Source: Antechinus flavipes (taxonomy: Eukaryota). Taken from it: 64,000 bases of DNA. Location: the NCBI RefSeq assembly GCF_016432865.1, contig NC_067400.1, positions 63,612,001 through 63,676,000 on the forward strand, read 5' to 3'. Positions within the stretch are counted from its first letter, which is position 1, and each line of letters begins with the position of its first letter. The notes under the pieces are model-generated. The model saw nothing but the letters and a program-made list of their open reading frames with translations, was not told where the DNA came from and searched no databases. Shown one piece after another: positions 1 to 10,946 of the stretch. Both the position numbers and the translations under genes were made by a program.

Positions 1-25
1 GCAAGAGCAAGGGAACAGCACCTGA
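1..25 (+). CDS. CHPF: CHPF (chondroitin polymerizing factor), last codons of terminal exon (partial)
   Basis: 2-25 reads CAA GAG CAA GGG AAC AGC ACC TGA = QEQGNST*, matching the CHPF C-terminus as I recall it; tail-to-tail position with ASIC4 matches human synteny. Confidence 0.85.
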
Positions 26-488
26 TCCACCTGGAGCCGCCGCCACCCAGTCCGCGGAAGCCATTGCGGCCCTCCCTCCCCTGCGGAAATTCGAGCTGCT
101 CTGCCTCCAGCCCCGGGGGCTTAGCTCTGGAGGGGGCCCTTCAGCCTCGGGGCTGGAAAGAGCCAGCAGCAAGCAGCAGCGATTTCTGGGTGGGAGCCTG
201 GTCTCTGCTCTGGGGACTTGGGGGAGAGACTGGAGCCCTCCCACCTCACCTTGCCCGGTTCCGACATTTGGGCCCTGGCCTTTTTAAGTATTTATGCAGA
301 AAAATCTGCTCGACGCCAGCGTCCCTCCCCCCATGGGGGGTCCAGCCTGGGGGAGTGGGGAGCTGCAGGTGAAAGTCTGGATAGAGTCATTCTGGGCTTG
401 AGGGCCTGGCTTACAAATAGAATTTAATGGATGGTCAGGAGTCCCTAGAACCGAAATCCACCATCCCCTGATGAAGCTGATTGCCTTT

Positions 489-494
489 AATAAA
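489..494 (+). terminator. CHPF: Likely CHPF polyadenylation signal AATAAA
   Basis: First AATAAA downstream of the CHPF stop, followed by GT/T-rich sequence. Confidence 0.6.
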
Positions 495-1172
495 CCAGCT
501 GATCTTGTAGATGTGAGCTCTGGTTATTATTCCTGCTCTCCCCTTCTCCTCCAACCATCTTCATCGGGGGTGCTCCGGGCCCAGAGCCGTTCAGGTCTAC
601 ACATGTACACTGACTGTCGCACCACACACCCACACGCAGCCGATAGTTTGTGACTTTTTATTTCCATTTGTTTCACAGATTTAGAAACTCAGACCCAAGG
701 CTGGGAGCAGGGGAAGGAGCCCTGGTAGAGGGTCCTGGAAAGTACTCTCCTCCTACCCTTACCCACCCCCACCCCCCCAACCAAGCTTAGCCAGGTCTGA
801 CAGGCCTCCCGCCCAGAGATTCATTAGGGTCTTTTGAAAGGAAGCAGGAATGGAGGTTAAGGGAAAAGGTGGCCTTAAGAAGGGAAGGACCGGGAGCTGG
901 GCAGAGGGTGCATTTGGGGGGCAGACCAGGCCAGCTGGGGCCATTCCCATTTACCCTAACAGAGGATGGGGCTGTGCCAAGAGGCCTGAACTAGGGCCAG
1001 CCCAGAAGCCCTTCATCCCCTCTCTCTCCCACATACTTACTTAGTCTCAAGGCTCCCACTCTCTAAGCCCAAACACCTTTCTGGGATCACTGCTGGCCCT
1101 CTCCCATCCCTATTTCACCCCCACCCTCCCTCCCAGCTATTTACAAATATACAGAGGGGTTTGTTTTGCTTT

Positions 1173-1178
1173 TTTATT
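1173..1178 (-). terminator. ASIC4: Likely ASIC4 polyadenylation signal
   Basis: TTTATT on + strand (AATAAA on -), about 390 nt past the ASIC4 stop. Confidence 0.55.
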
Positions 1179-1561
1179 CTGCAAGGAAGAGTACATACCC
1201 CCTGCCCTTGCCAAGGGACACTCCCTACCCTGGTCCTGAACCAGTCCTGACCCTCCTGCCCTCGGCTGGGCCCGAGGCGGGGGTGGAGTAGTCTGGGCTC
1301 CTGGGAGTGAGGATTCGAGGGGAAGTGGGGAGAGAGAAGAGAAAGACGCTGATGGCCCGGACTTAGCTCCTGGAGAGGTGAGGGGTAGCAGCTGATTTCC
1401 CTGCCACTCCCTGGGAGCCTCCCAGTGGGCCTCTCAGTCCTGGGAGTCACAGTATTCTGCCCCAAGGGGGAAGGAGCAGGCTTCGGAAGGGAGTCCCTGG
1501 CTCCACCCAGGGAGCCGTGCAGGAGTCCAGACGCTTGTCTCCCTCCTCTGAGAGCACCTTC

Positions 1562-1675
1562 CTAGCAAGCGAAGTCTTCAAAAAGGCCCCCAGGAGGGCC
1601 GTGAGGGTGGTGGTGGTTGGGGAGCAGACTGCTGGCCCCCCCACCCTCAGCACAGCCTCGGCCCGGACACGGACT
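1562..1675 (-). CDS. ASIC4: ASIC4 exon 10 (SPCPGRG...HHHPHGPPGGLFEDFAC*)
   Basis: CAG acceptor 1676-1678, TAG stop 1562-1564; ASIC-type C-terminal FEDFAC; joined CDS totals 1620 nt = 539 aa. Confidence 0.97.
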   Translation of the reverse strand, partial: SPCPGRGCAEGGGASSLLPNHHHPHGPPGGLFEDFAC

Positions 1676-1793
1676 CTGCAGGGCAACAGGCACGAGGGCG
1701 AGTCGTCAGCGGCCGCCCTGAGCACGGGAGGGGAGGGGGCTGGGGGAGGGCTCACCACCAGGCAGAGGGAGAAGGGGCCGCACGGACCCTTAC

Positions 1794-1898
1794 CTGGTCC
1801 TTCAGCTCCTGCAGCCCTAAGGTGGAAATGCCTCCTGCGGAGGTCCTGAGGGGCGGTTTGGGCCGGCGCCACGTCCTCTTCAGCCGGTCCCAGGACAC
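1794..1898 (-). CDS. ASIC4: ASIC4 exon 9 (VSWDRLKRTWRRPKPPLRTSAGGISTLGLQELKDQ)
   Basis: TAG acceptor, GTAAGG donor, 105 nt, phase 0/0. Confidence 0.96.
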
Positions 1899-2099
1899 CT
1901 AGTCGGGGGTGGGAGAAAGGGGAATGAGTCTGGCGGACTGGGGGAAGCACAGAATTGTCCCTTCAGAGGGCCCTCGGGTAACAGATGAGGGGAAGACATC
2001 TGGGAAAGCCCCCACCATTCCCCATGACCGACTCCCCTCCAGTCGTAAACCCTTCACCCTCCTGGCCCTGAGGGCTCCTCCCACCAGCCCCATCCTTGC

Positions 2100-2179
2100 C
2101 TCATAGATGTAATCAAGGATTTCTAGAAAGGTGAGGAGGCTGGCCCCGATGAAGAGCCCCATTTGACCTCCAATATCAC
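2100..2179 (-). CDS. ASIC4: ASIC4 exon 8, TM2 with GAS selectivity filter ([27 protein letters not shown])
   Basis: CAG acceptor; 80 nt; donor is non-canonical AG|GCAAGG. Confidence 0.95.
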
Positions 2180-2307
2180 CTGGGGATAGAAATAGCAGTG
2201 CATCAGGGAAGAGCAGGTGGTTAGGAGGCCCGAGGTGGGGAGGGGGGGGGGGGCGCCAAGCCTGCAAGGCCGTCTGGGCTCCGTCTGGGGAGGGGGACAG
2301 GTCTCAC

Positions 2308-2399
2308 CCAGCAGGGAGGACAGCCCATAGACCGCTCTCTGCTCCACCGACTCCGAGGTCAGGGCTTCAAAGAAAACGTCCAAGACCAGGAAGTTCTCT
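2308..2399 (-). CDS. ASIC4: ASIC4 exon 7 (ENFLVLDVFFEALTSESVEQRAVYGLSSLL)
   Basis: CAG acceptor, GTGAGA donor, 92 nt, phase 2/1. Confidence 0.96.
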
Positions 2400-2689
2400 C
2401 TGCGGAAACATTCAACAGGCTCAGGGCAGGAAGCAGTTTGGAACTGGAGTCGGGTAAAGAACATGGGCAGCATCAGGTAGTTGGCAAGGGACAGAGAATG
2501 GCTGCGGGAGAAACCGGCTCCACGCCTCCTCCCGCTCCCCCCAGAAGCCTCAGCAAGAGCTCAGGGCAAAGAGCCCGTGGCTTCCACCTTCCCCTCACGG
2601 GCCACGGGGGCTTGGGTCTCCCATAACAAAGAGCTGGGGCACAGCCCCCAAACGCTCCCAGACAATGGACTCACCTTGGCGAGTAAAGC

Positions 2690-3180
2690 ATTAAATGACC
2701 TCCAAGGCCCTTTACAATTCTGATCGCTGGATCATAATCCTCATTTCTGCCGTCTTAAATACCCCCTCCCTCATTCCTTCCAGAATTTACAACGGCCCAA
2801 CCCAGGAAGGCTAAGTTCTTCCTCCTCCCGTGTCTCCAACTTGGGCCCACGTCAGCATCTCTACCCCATCATACTTCCCGCTGTTCCATTCTTGACTATC
2901 CCACGAACAGCATGATCATGAACCTCCTCGTTATTGCTTATACGGCTCCAAGCCCTACAATGCCTCCCCCCAACTACCCAAATCCTTCAGCCCCAAGCCT
3001 TACCTCCTCCGTGAAACTCCCCTGACTATCAGCAATGTCTCTGCTCTCCATTTCTCTCAGTTTTCGTAGTCAGTCCCATGAAGTGAGCATTTAATTTTGA
3101 GTTTGCCCCCCAACAAGACAGTAACCTTTTCGAGGGCAGGGGCTATGTCTTACTCACCTGTGTATTACCAGCCCTTTATT
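2690..3180 (+). mobile_element. Old L2-like LINE 3' remnant
   Basis: Degenerate L2 3'-end phrases (ctcaaggccctttacaattctg; gagggcaggggctatgtctt); recognised by eye, boundaries approximate. Confidence 0.45.
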
Positions 3181-3454
3181 CCTTATTCGTTCGTTCACAC
3201 CCTTAGCCATTGTCTAAAATGGAGCAGGTGTTTTGAGAAATAAATTTTACCTGTTACGGGCCTGGCTTTGTGGTGGGCAGAGGCAGTGACCACTTCATCG
3301 TTCACGCTTACCCTTACACCCCTTCCTGCCCCATTTCTTGCACCTAATGGGGGAAGTCCCGCAGCCTCCCAGGATTCCCGAGACCCTCCCTCACCCTCAG
3401 CCCCCTCCAGGCCCTTGCAGCTGCCCCCTGCCTGGCCCCCCCTCGCTCCTGTAC

Positions 3455-3608
3455 CGTATGTAGGTCTCGTTTCGGTTGTACTTCCTGGCCAGGTATCGGG
3501 CCGAGCTCCGGTTGGGGATCCGAACCATGGAGATCTCCTTCCCGTAGCGCGTCAGGTTGCAAGGCAGGGGGCAAGCACAGCGGCCTCCTGATCCCCCACC
3601 CAGAGAGT
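3455..3608 (-). CDS. ASIC4: ASIC4 exon 6 ([52 protein letters not shown])
   Basis: CAG acceptor, GTACAG donor, 154 nt; ENaC/DEG signature CxxPCxxxxY. Confidence 0.96.
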
Positions 3609-4708
3609 CTGCAATACAACAGTTCCTTCTGGGCCGGACTAGAGAAGGTCAGAGCTTAAAGGGGAGCCGGCTGGCAGAGGGTACGTGCCAGTCCTGTCAG
3701 GCAGGTATCTTCACAAGAACAATCCTCCCCCGCCAAAGATCTGGGTGTGACTCTTCCACTCCTGGGCCCCCTTTGCCTACCCCTTCCATCCAGTATAATC
3801 CGAACGGTCTAAGATCCTTCCCAGCTGCCCACCTCAGACTCTCTCAGCCCTGAGACACAACTCAGCAACCGCATTCCCACTATACCCTGTCTGGGTCCCC
3901 CCGACCCGGCACGAGTCCAGACTCACTCGGGGGGGTAAATGTGCCCCATGGAACTCGGGGGGAGGCTAGATTGTGGGGCAAATGGGAGCCGGTGTGTAAC
4001 AGAGGGAGCCAGGGCCAGGGGACAGGTAATGTCAGGGCCTGGGCGGACAGGGAGGGTTTGCCCCGAACGGACACGAGGTGATGCTTCCAGCAGGAGATTT
4101 CTCCCCCGGGGAAGGCGAAAATATTTATTTGTCAGGCAGAACCTGGATTCCTGACTTGCAAAGTCAAATATGCTTCCCAGGCTGAGCCCCCAGTCCTAAA
4201 TCCCACAGACCTCCCCCCCAGGGAGGGTCCTGCTAAGGGGGTAGAGAGGAGATAGAGAGTCGGGGTACGAGGTTGGTGGGGGGCAGGGTAAGCAAGAGAA
4301 GGCACGAGTGAGGATGCAGAATGAGAAGGTAGACGGGCTGGGCCAGGAATGAGGAACTAGGGAGAGACCTGATTGTCTATTATGGGAAGGAGATAAGAGT
4401 GATCCTACAAAAGCCGGACCAGCAGGGAGGATGTCAGAGGGAGCCCGGTTTGTTCGGGAGGCACACAGAAACTTCTGTTAGTGCTGTCTAACCGGGCACG
4501 GGCTGCCCCATCGGGTGGCAAGCTCCCCGACCCGGGAAATATTCAGGCAAAAGCGACTAAGACTCAAGGATGGCGCAGATTTATCCAGCAGGCGGGTTCA
4601 GATTAGGCGGATTCTGAGGTGCCATGATTCTGGGAGAAGGGACAGAGGGAATGGGGAGCTGGGAAAGGGAGGTCGAGGGAGGGAAAAGAGGGAAGAAGGA
4701 GCACCTAC

Positions 4709-4765
4709 CTAAAGTGTGGTCTGCACACTCAATGTAGATGTTGGGGGAGCAGATGGTCTCGTTGC
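4709..4765 (-). CDS. ASIC4: ASIC4 exon 5 (NETICSPNIYIECADHTL)
   Basis: CAG acceptor, GTAGGT donor, 57 nt, phase 1/1. Confidence 0.95.
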   Translation of the reverse strand, partial: ATRPSAPPTSTLSVQTTL

Positions 4766-4901
4766 CTGGGGGAGAGGAGAGTGTCCTTGGAGTCCCCAGT
4801 CCCTTCCCCGCCATGCAAGCCCTGCCCTCCGGATGGCACATGCACAAAGGCAGGGCCCCGGGGCACCGGCTGCTAGGAAGGGGGTTCCCGGGGGCACCCA
4901 C

Positions 4902-5064
4902 CTGGCATGTGAACCATTCTGCAGTGGCAGCGAGCCAGCACAGCCTCCTTCTCACAGCGCAGCCTGCAGGCTGAGACACTGTAGGACGCATAGCCCTGGA
5001 GTTCTGGCTCCCCTCCCTCACTCTTAGCCCTGCAGTTACCCCAGGGCTGGGGCAGGTAGGTCAG
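4902..5064 (-). CDS. ASIC4: ASIC4 exon 4 (LTYLPQPWGNC...CRLRCEKEAVLARCHCRMVHMP)
   Basis: CAG acceptor, GTGGGT donor, 163 nt; cysteine-rich thumb. Confidence 0.96.
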
Positions 5065-5403
5065 CTGAGAAATAAAGGAGGATCAGAGGGTCACAGTGGG
5101 TCTAGGGCTAGATCAGAAGCCTGATTTTACAAACGAGAAAACGAGAAAACGGAGGCTCCCGTCACACAGGGAGTAAATATCGGAGGCAAGATTTGAAACC
5201 AGATCCTCGGACCTTTAGAGTCCTTCTGCAGACCAGGAGCTCTCCACACCAGTCCCCACCCCCTAAAACACAGCCCCTTCCATCTGACCTCGCTCCTCAG
5301 ACCCCAGACCCCGCTGCCGGAGCAGGCCAGTGCAAACTGGATGCGGAACGATCAGAGGCTCCTCGGGGCAGAACCATCCCACACTGGCCACCCTCATGCT
5401 CAC

Positions 5404-5531
5404 CCGCTGCTCCTGGCAGGACACAAATGTCTGGAAGCCCGGAGACACCCCAAACCCTAGCTGGTGGATGTACGGCGGCTCCTCCTGGCTGTGGATCTGA
5501 ACCCGGATGCCAGCCTCGAAGGACGTCTCAT
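5404..5531 (-). CDS. ASIC4: ASIC4 exon 3 ([42 protein letters not shown])
   Basis: CAG acceptor, GTGAGC donor, 128 nt. Confidence 0.97.
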
Positions 5532-5915
5532 CTGCAGGGGAAGAAGCCCAAAGATGAGGAGATGGGAATTCTCATGCTCTCCGGCTTCTCTGGGGTCCAG
5601 GCTCTGCGACCGGCCTCTGTGCTCCCTGCGGTGGCCCCCAACCCGAGGCCGTTCCCCCTCAGAGAAAGATGCACCCACGTGAAACTCGGGCAGACGCCTT
5701 CTCTCTGCTCCGAGCGTTCTTAAAAGATAAGTTTCCTTCATTTGATTAAGACCCCCCCTCCTCCCCCCACCAGGAATCTTGCTCTGGTTTTTCAGTCTCT
5801 TTCTTGAGTCATTCTCACTCACCCTCACCCCAACACAGCATTCAACCATGATGTAAGGCCCATCTCCCCAATGAAAGGGCCAAGGGAGGGGGAACCTTCC
5901 CCCTTCTGCTCTTAC

Positions 5916-6060
5916 TGGTCTCTCTCCAGATGGGCAGGTATTCTTCCTGCTGAATATCCAGCATGATCTCCAAACCGCTGCCCATGCCCCCTGCCCTGCT
6001 GGGCCGAGGACTCTGGGGGTCAGCATTAAAGGTGTAGCACTTTCCATACCGAGTATATAC
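5916..6060 (-). CDS. ASIC4: ASIC4 exon 2 ([15 protein letters not shown]...[19 protein letters not shown])
   Basis: CAG acceptor, GTAAGA donor, 145 nt; conserved YGKCYTFN. Confidence 0.97.
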
Positions 6061-6134
6061 CTGGGGGGAAAGGGGAGAAAGGGAGGTACCATGAAGAGTT
6101 CGTTGTCGTTTTTCAGGCCGATGCTTCATGACCC

Positions 6135-6350
6135 TATTTGTGGGTTTTTTTGGCAAAAATACTGGAGGGCTTTGCCATTTTTTTCTCCAGCTCCTTTTTT
6201 TATAGAGAAGAAACTGAGGCAAACAGAATTACGTGGCTTGCCCAGGCTCACACAGCTAGTCAGGACCTGAAGTTGGACTGGAATTCAGGAAGATAAGCCT
6301 TCCTGACTCCAGGCTGAGTATTCTATCCACTTGGCTACCTAGCTGCCCAT
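6135..6350. mobile_element. MAR1-type marsupial CORE-SINE
   Basis: RTE-derived tggcaaaaatactggag...ttgccatttt..ctccagctc joined to CORE gaaactgaggca...cccaggctcacacagctag. Confidence 0.7.
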
Positions 6351-6464
6351 TAAATATATATATACATATATACATATATACATATATATACACATAGCAA
6401 GGATACAGTGGCCCTGAGCTTCTCCAAAGTCCAACCCTGCCTTGACAAATATTTTTGTGCATTC

Positions 6465-7020
6465 CCCAGGGTTTTCTTGGCAAAGATGCGGGAGTGGTTT
6501 GCCATTTCCTTCCCCAGCTCCTTTTACAGATGGGGAAACTGAGGCAGAGTCACACACCTAATAAGTGTCTGAAGCCAGTTTTTTTTAATCTGCCTTATAT
6601 TTATTTTTTTTTAAACAACTATAACTTTTTATTGACAGAGCTGACGCCTGGGTAATTTTTTATAACATTATCCCATGCATTCACTTCTGTTCCGATTTTT
6701 CCCCTCCCTCCCTCCACCCCCTCCCCCAGATGGCAGGCATTCCTATACATGTTAAATAGGTTACAATATATCCTAGATACAGTATATGTGTGCAGAATCA
6801 AACAGTTATCTTGTTGCACAGGGAGAATTGGATTCAGAAGGTATAAATAACCCGGGAAGAAAAACAAAATGCAAAGAGTTTGCATTCATTTCCCAGTGTT
6901 CTTTCTTTGGGTGTAGCTGCTTCTGTCCATGCTTGACTAATTGAAACTGAGTTAGATTGAAGCCAGTTTTGAAATCAGGTCTTGCTAACCCCAGTCCCAG
7001 GACTCTGAGCCACAGCACTT
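6465..7020. mobile_element. MAR1-type SINE split by an L1 insertion (halves ~6465-6582 and ~6958-7020)
   Basis: gggttttcttggcaaagatgcgggagtggtttgccatttcc...gaaactgaggc; SINE text resumes after 6970 (gaaatcaggtcttgctaacc). Confidence 0.65.
6583..6957 (-). mobile_element. 5'-truncated L1 3' UTR with poly(A) tail, flanked by 13-bp TSD TGAAGCCAGTTTT
   Basis: Identical 13-mers at 6570-6582 and 6958-6970; T runs at left end; G-rich tract and AATAAA on - strand; resembles dasyurid L1 3' UTR from memory. Confidence 0.8.
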
Positions 7021-7199
7021 GCCATCCCTCCTTGGGGCTCAAGTAATCCAAGCCATTGAGAAGGGAGAAGCCGGCCTCTCGCTTGGGATAGTCCCTCTCC
7101 CCTAGTTTGTCCCACCTTCTTATCTGTCTCCCACATTTCCTTGCATCCCCCCATTCTCTGCATCCTTAATTCTCCTTGCTCGAGGAATTGTCCCAGCAT

Positions 7200-7213
7200 C
7201 CACCAGATGGCAC
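7200..7213 (+). promoter_or_regulatory. Candidate CTCF core site
   Basis: CCACCAGATGGCAC fully matches CCASYAGRKGGCRS. Confidence 0.45.
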
Positions 7214-7659
7214 TGACACAGCACAGACAGAGAGAAGGGAAAGTCGGGGACCAGGGAACAGAGCTTGGATTGAGTGGTAAGGGAGAGGAAGTTAGTAAAT
7301 GGAGTGTATTTTGCTGTAGGGAAAATATCTCTGCTCTAGGAAACACTCAGAAGCCTCTAAAAAGGCAGAAGCTTGCACGCGGAGAGAATTCCCTCCTTTA
7401 GGATTTCCCTGTATCAATGAAACGGGAGGTCCTGTTCTTACCCCCTGCCTTCGGTTCTTCTGGGTCCGAAGACACTACACTGCCCTTAGCCATCATCCCA
7501 GCTGACATGAGCATTTCTATGCAGGAGCAGAGACCCCTTGGGAAATGACCCTCAGCCACCTCCTTCCCAGGAGCCAAGGGAAAGCTTGCAGCTATCAGAG
7601 AAGTCAGCTCTAAAGCATCATATCCCTAATCCGGGCAAATTGAACAAAAACGCATTGAG

Positions 7660-8230
7660 AGCATATCAGGTTATACAGGGGAGAGGGATCAGGTACCTGC
7701 TTCTGTGAGTATGAGCCGGGGCAGAAGAAGTGGCAAGTGCCAAAAACAAAGTGACCCAGACATTGTGTAAAAACATGAGGAAAGGGGACCTATGAGATGA
7801 TCAAGGAATCCAGGGATGAGCCTGGAATCTAGAGAGGGATTTCAAGAGGCGGAGAGACGGAAAGAGGCCGCGTTCTAGATGGGAACGCAGGAAGGTGGGG
7901 AAAGGCAGAGCAAGGTCAGGCAATGGCCAGCTTGGCTACGATGTGGAGTCCTCCGGTGAAATGAATGTGGAAGGGTAAGGCAGAGTCAGATTGTGGAGGG
8001 CTTTAAATACTGGGCTAAGCATTTTGTATTTTGCCCTTTAGGTCATGGGGAGTCGCTGAGATTTTTAAAGTCAAGTGCTATATTCTGCCCTGTGCAGTAC
8101 AAAGATTATTTTGGCAACTGCGGGAAGGATGGATTGAAGGGAGAAGATAATGGCAGCAGGGACACGATGTAGGAGGGGATTAGAATAACCCAGGAGAGGG
8201 TTAACAAGAGCCTGAATTCAGGTGGTGGTG
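7660..8230 (-). mobile_element. Old L2-like LINE fragment
   Basis: Antisense L2-type phrases (ggcagagtcagattgtggagggcttt; gggagtcgctgagattttt; aaagattattttggcaac); approximate. Confidence 0.5.
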
Positions 8231-9059
8231 ATGGGTATGGAACTGGAGAGTCTTCCAGCCCAATAAGCAACCTCAATCAGCAAATCCTGCGGCTTTATCT
8301 TCTCCAGACCTGGCTCCTGGGTGCCTTCCCCAAAAGGCATCCTGCTCCTGCATTCCCTCCCGGAGCCTAGGGGTGTGCTGGAATCAAGTCTAACCGGCTC
8401 CAGAGTCCATTGTTCAATTTTCCGTGCTAGCATTTATCTCTCAAAAATGTCTCCACAAATTAGGGCTTGATTTATTATTTTGTTGATTGTCTAGACAAGA
8501 AAGTGATGGATAAAATGTTAATAATACCAATTAATCTTAAAAGTAGGGGCACATAGGTTTTTCCCCAGTGGAACATAGTGTTCAACATTCACCAGAACAC
8601 CCCCCCTATCTCTCTGTAAACACTGCTTGAGCTCAGCAGGAATGCAGTAGAAGGATCTGGGAGAGAAGTCATCACCTCATTGGAAGCCTGTAGTAGACTG
8701 TTGTGAAACACATAATAACAACCCTAGCAACATCAACTGCCATTCATTCCGTGCTTTGGGATTGACAAAATGCTTTTCACCCATTCTGTCACGGGAGCCT
8801 CACAGCCCCTGCCCGCAGCCCCAGGGCCGGCTCAAGAAGGTTCCTAGACACAGGCTGACCTTTGGCTTTAGCCAGAAGAGAGGGGACAGAATCCTGACCA
8901 TTACTCTTCTTCCCTTCTCTCTAACCTTAAGTCCAAATGTCTCCAATCTACCTTTTCATCCTTCCTCCTGCCCTTCCTTTGTTAGTCTCTGTTAAACCAC
9001 TCCCTATCACCCAGCAAGGAGTTCCTTCCAGGTCCATCATTTTGTGACCAAGTCCCTCT

Positions 9060-9268
9060 GTGTTGTTCAATCATTCTTCAGATCTAAAAACCCCATTTGG
9101 GGTTCTTTTGGCAAAGGTACCGGAGTAGTTTGCCCTTTCCTTCTCCAGCTCATTTTTATGGATGAGGAAACTGAGGTAAACAAGGCCACACAACTAGAAA
9201 GTGTTTGGAGATGATCTTCCTGACTCCGGACCCGGAGTTCTAGCTACTACCCCACCTAGCTGCTCCCC
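9060..9268. mobile_element. MAR1-type SINE
   Basis: ggggttcttttggcaaaggtaccggagtagtttgccctttccttctccagctcattttt...gaggaaactgagg. Confidence 0.65.
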
Positions 9269-9435
9269 AAATCAGTTCCATTCACTCTTTCCCCTCATTC
9301 CTCTTCCCTTTAGGTGTGTGTTCTGACTATTCATATTTATAGCACATGAAGAGCTCTGTGTTAGGCCCTGGGAGACAAGCAATAGTGCAAAATGATACAA
9401 GAAAAATGAATGAGAGATTTTTAAAAGTGCTTTGT

Positions 9436-10040
9436 TAGAGGGGAAAGGAGAGGAGGGGAGAAGGGAGGAGAGGAGAAGGGAAAGGGGGAGAGGAGAGGAG
9501 GGGAAGAGAAAAGAGGGGAGAGAAGAGGAAAGGAGAAGAGAGGACAGGACAGGATAGGAAAGAGAGGAAAGAAAGGGGAAAGAAAGGGGAGTGGATGGAA
9601 GAGGGAAGGGGAGAGGAGAGGAGGGGAAGAGAAAAGAGGGGAGAGAAGAGGAGGGGAGAAGGGAGGAGAGGAGAAGGAAAGGGGGAGAAGAGAAGAGAGA
9701 AGAAGGGAGGAAAGGAGAGAGAGGAGGGGAGGGGAAGAAGAAGAGAAAAGGAGAAGAGAGGACAGGACAGGATAGGAAAGAGAGGAAAGAAGAGAGGAAA
9801 GAAAGGGGAAAGAAAGGGGAGTGGATGGAAGAGGGAAGGGAGAAGGGGATGAAGGGAGGGGACATGAGAGGTGAGAGGGAAGGGGAGAGGAGAGGAGGGG
9901 AAGAGAAAAGAGGGGAGAGAAGAGGAGGAGAAGGGAGAAGAGGGAAGGGGAGAGAAGAGGAAAGGAGAAGAGGGGAAAAGGGGAGAGGACAAAGGAGGAG
10001 AAGAGAAAGGAGGGAGAGGATCGTGGAGGAGGGGGGGAGG
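9436..10040. repeat. Polypurine (GA-rich) low-complexity tract with internal duplication
   Basis: Nearly pure G/A on + strand; block gacaggacaggataggaaagagagg...gagtggatggaagagggaaggg occurs near 9543 and 9761. Confidence 0.9.
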
Positions 10041-10946
10041 AGAGGTCAGCCCCATCCTATACAAAGTCAGTGAGATCAGGAAGCTTAACTGCTATCCTCC
10101 CCCCAGGGGCTCTGGGACTCCTCCCCAGCCCCCAGCCCAGCCCACCTTGCCCTTGCATTTTACCCTGGACCTCTGGCACACTGTCTCTCTCAGTGAAAAG
10201 GGCTGGATAGGAGGCAGAAGGCTTGAAGAGAGTCTAGGCTCTGCTACTTGAGCCAGTTATATCACCTTTGCCCCCAGCCCCCCATTTTCTCCTCCCTAAG
10301 ATGCTGAGTTGGAGCTGATGTTTCCAGCTCCAAACCCAGGAAGTTTAGGATGTATATTTATATATATATTCCCCCCCAGCCCACCCAGCATCTCCCCTAC
10401 CCAGAGGAAATGGATTGGAAAAGGAGAGTGGGGGGCAGGCAGACGGGCAGGAAGTCCACAGGGAAGGAGCTGGCCAGGCCGAGCTGCCCGCCCCCCTTCG
10501 TGGGACACTGACTGCCAGACAGACCACATCGTTGCCCCGGAAACAGCCCCCGGGGCGGCCGGGCAGCGGGTGGAGCCGCGGGCTCCTAAGTGGCAGAACT
10601 CTGGTGGCAGCACAGCCCGGCTGCCTCTTCCATGGAGACGGCACGGCCGCTCCGTCCCACAAGAGCCGCCGCTGCCCGCGTCTCCTTGGCCACAGGCTGC
10701 CCCAGGTGGGGCTGGGAGGGGGGAGGGGGGCCACGCAAAGCACTCCCGGGGACCGGCACAGGTCCTGGGCCAGAGGGCCAACAACAAGGGTGCTGCTCTC
10801 TTCCCCATCAGTCCCCTGAGGCTCCTCTCCTCGTTTCCTCGGCCTCCCCTCTACCCTTCCAGCATGAAGCTCTCCTTCCTTCCTTCCTTCTGCATCCACC
10901 TCTCTCCTTTCTGCTTGTCTACACACATCCCTAATTCTAACCTCAA

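Noticed and set aside
657-662. TTTATT as a distal ASIC4 poly(A) signal
   Set aside because: Lies at the edge of a MIR-like relic (cacagatttagaaactcagac); 1173 is a simpler candidate.
9272-10251. ORFs of 126-209 aa in both directions
   Set aside because: Polypurine tract translations.
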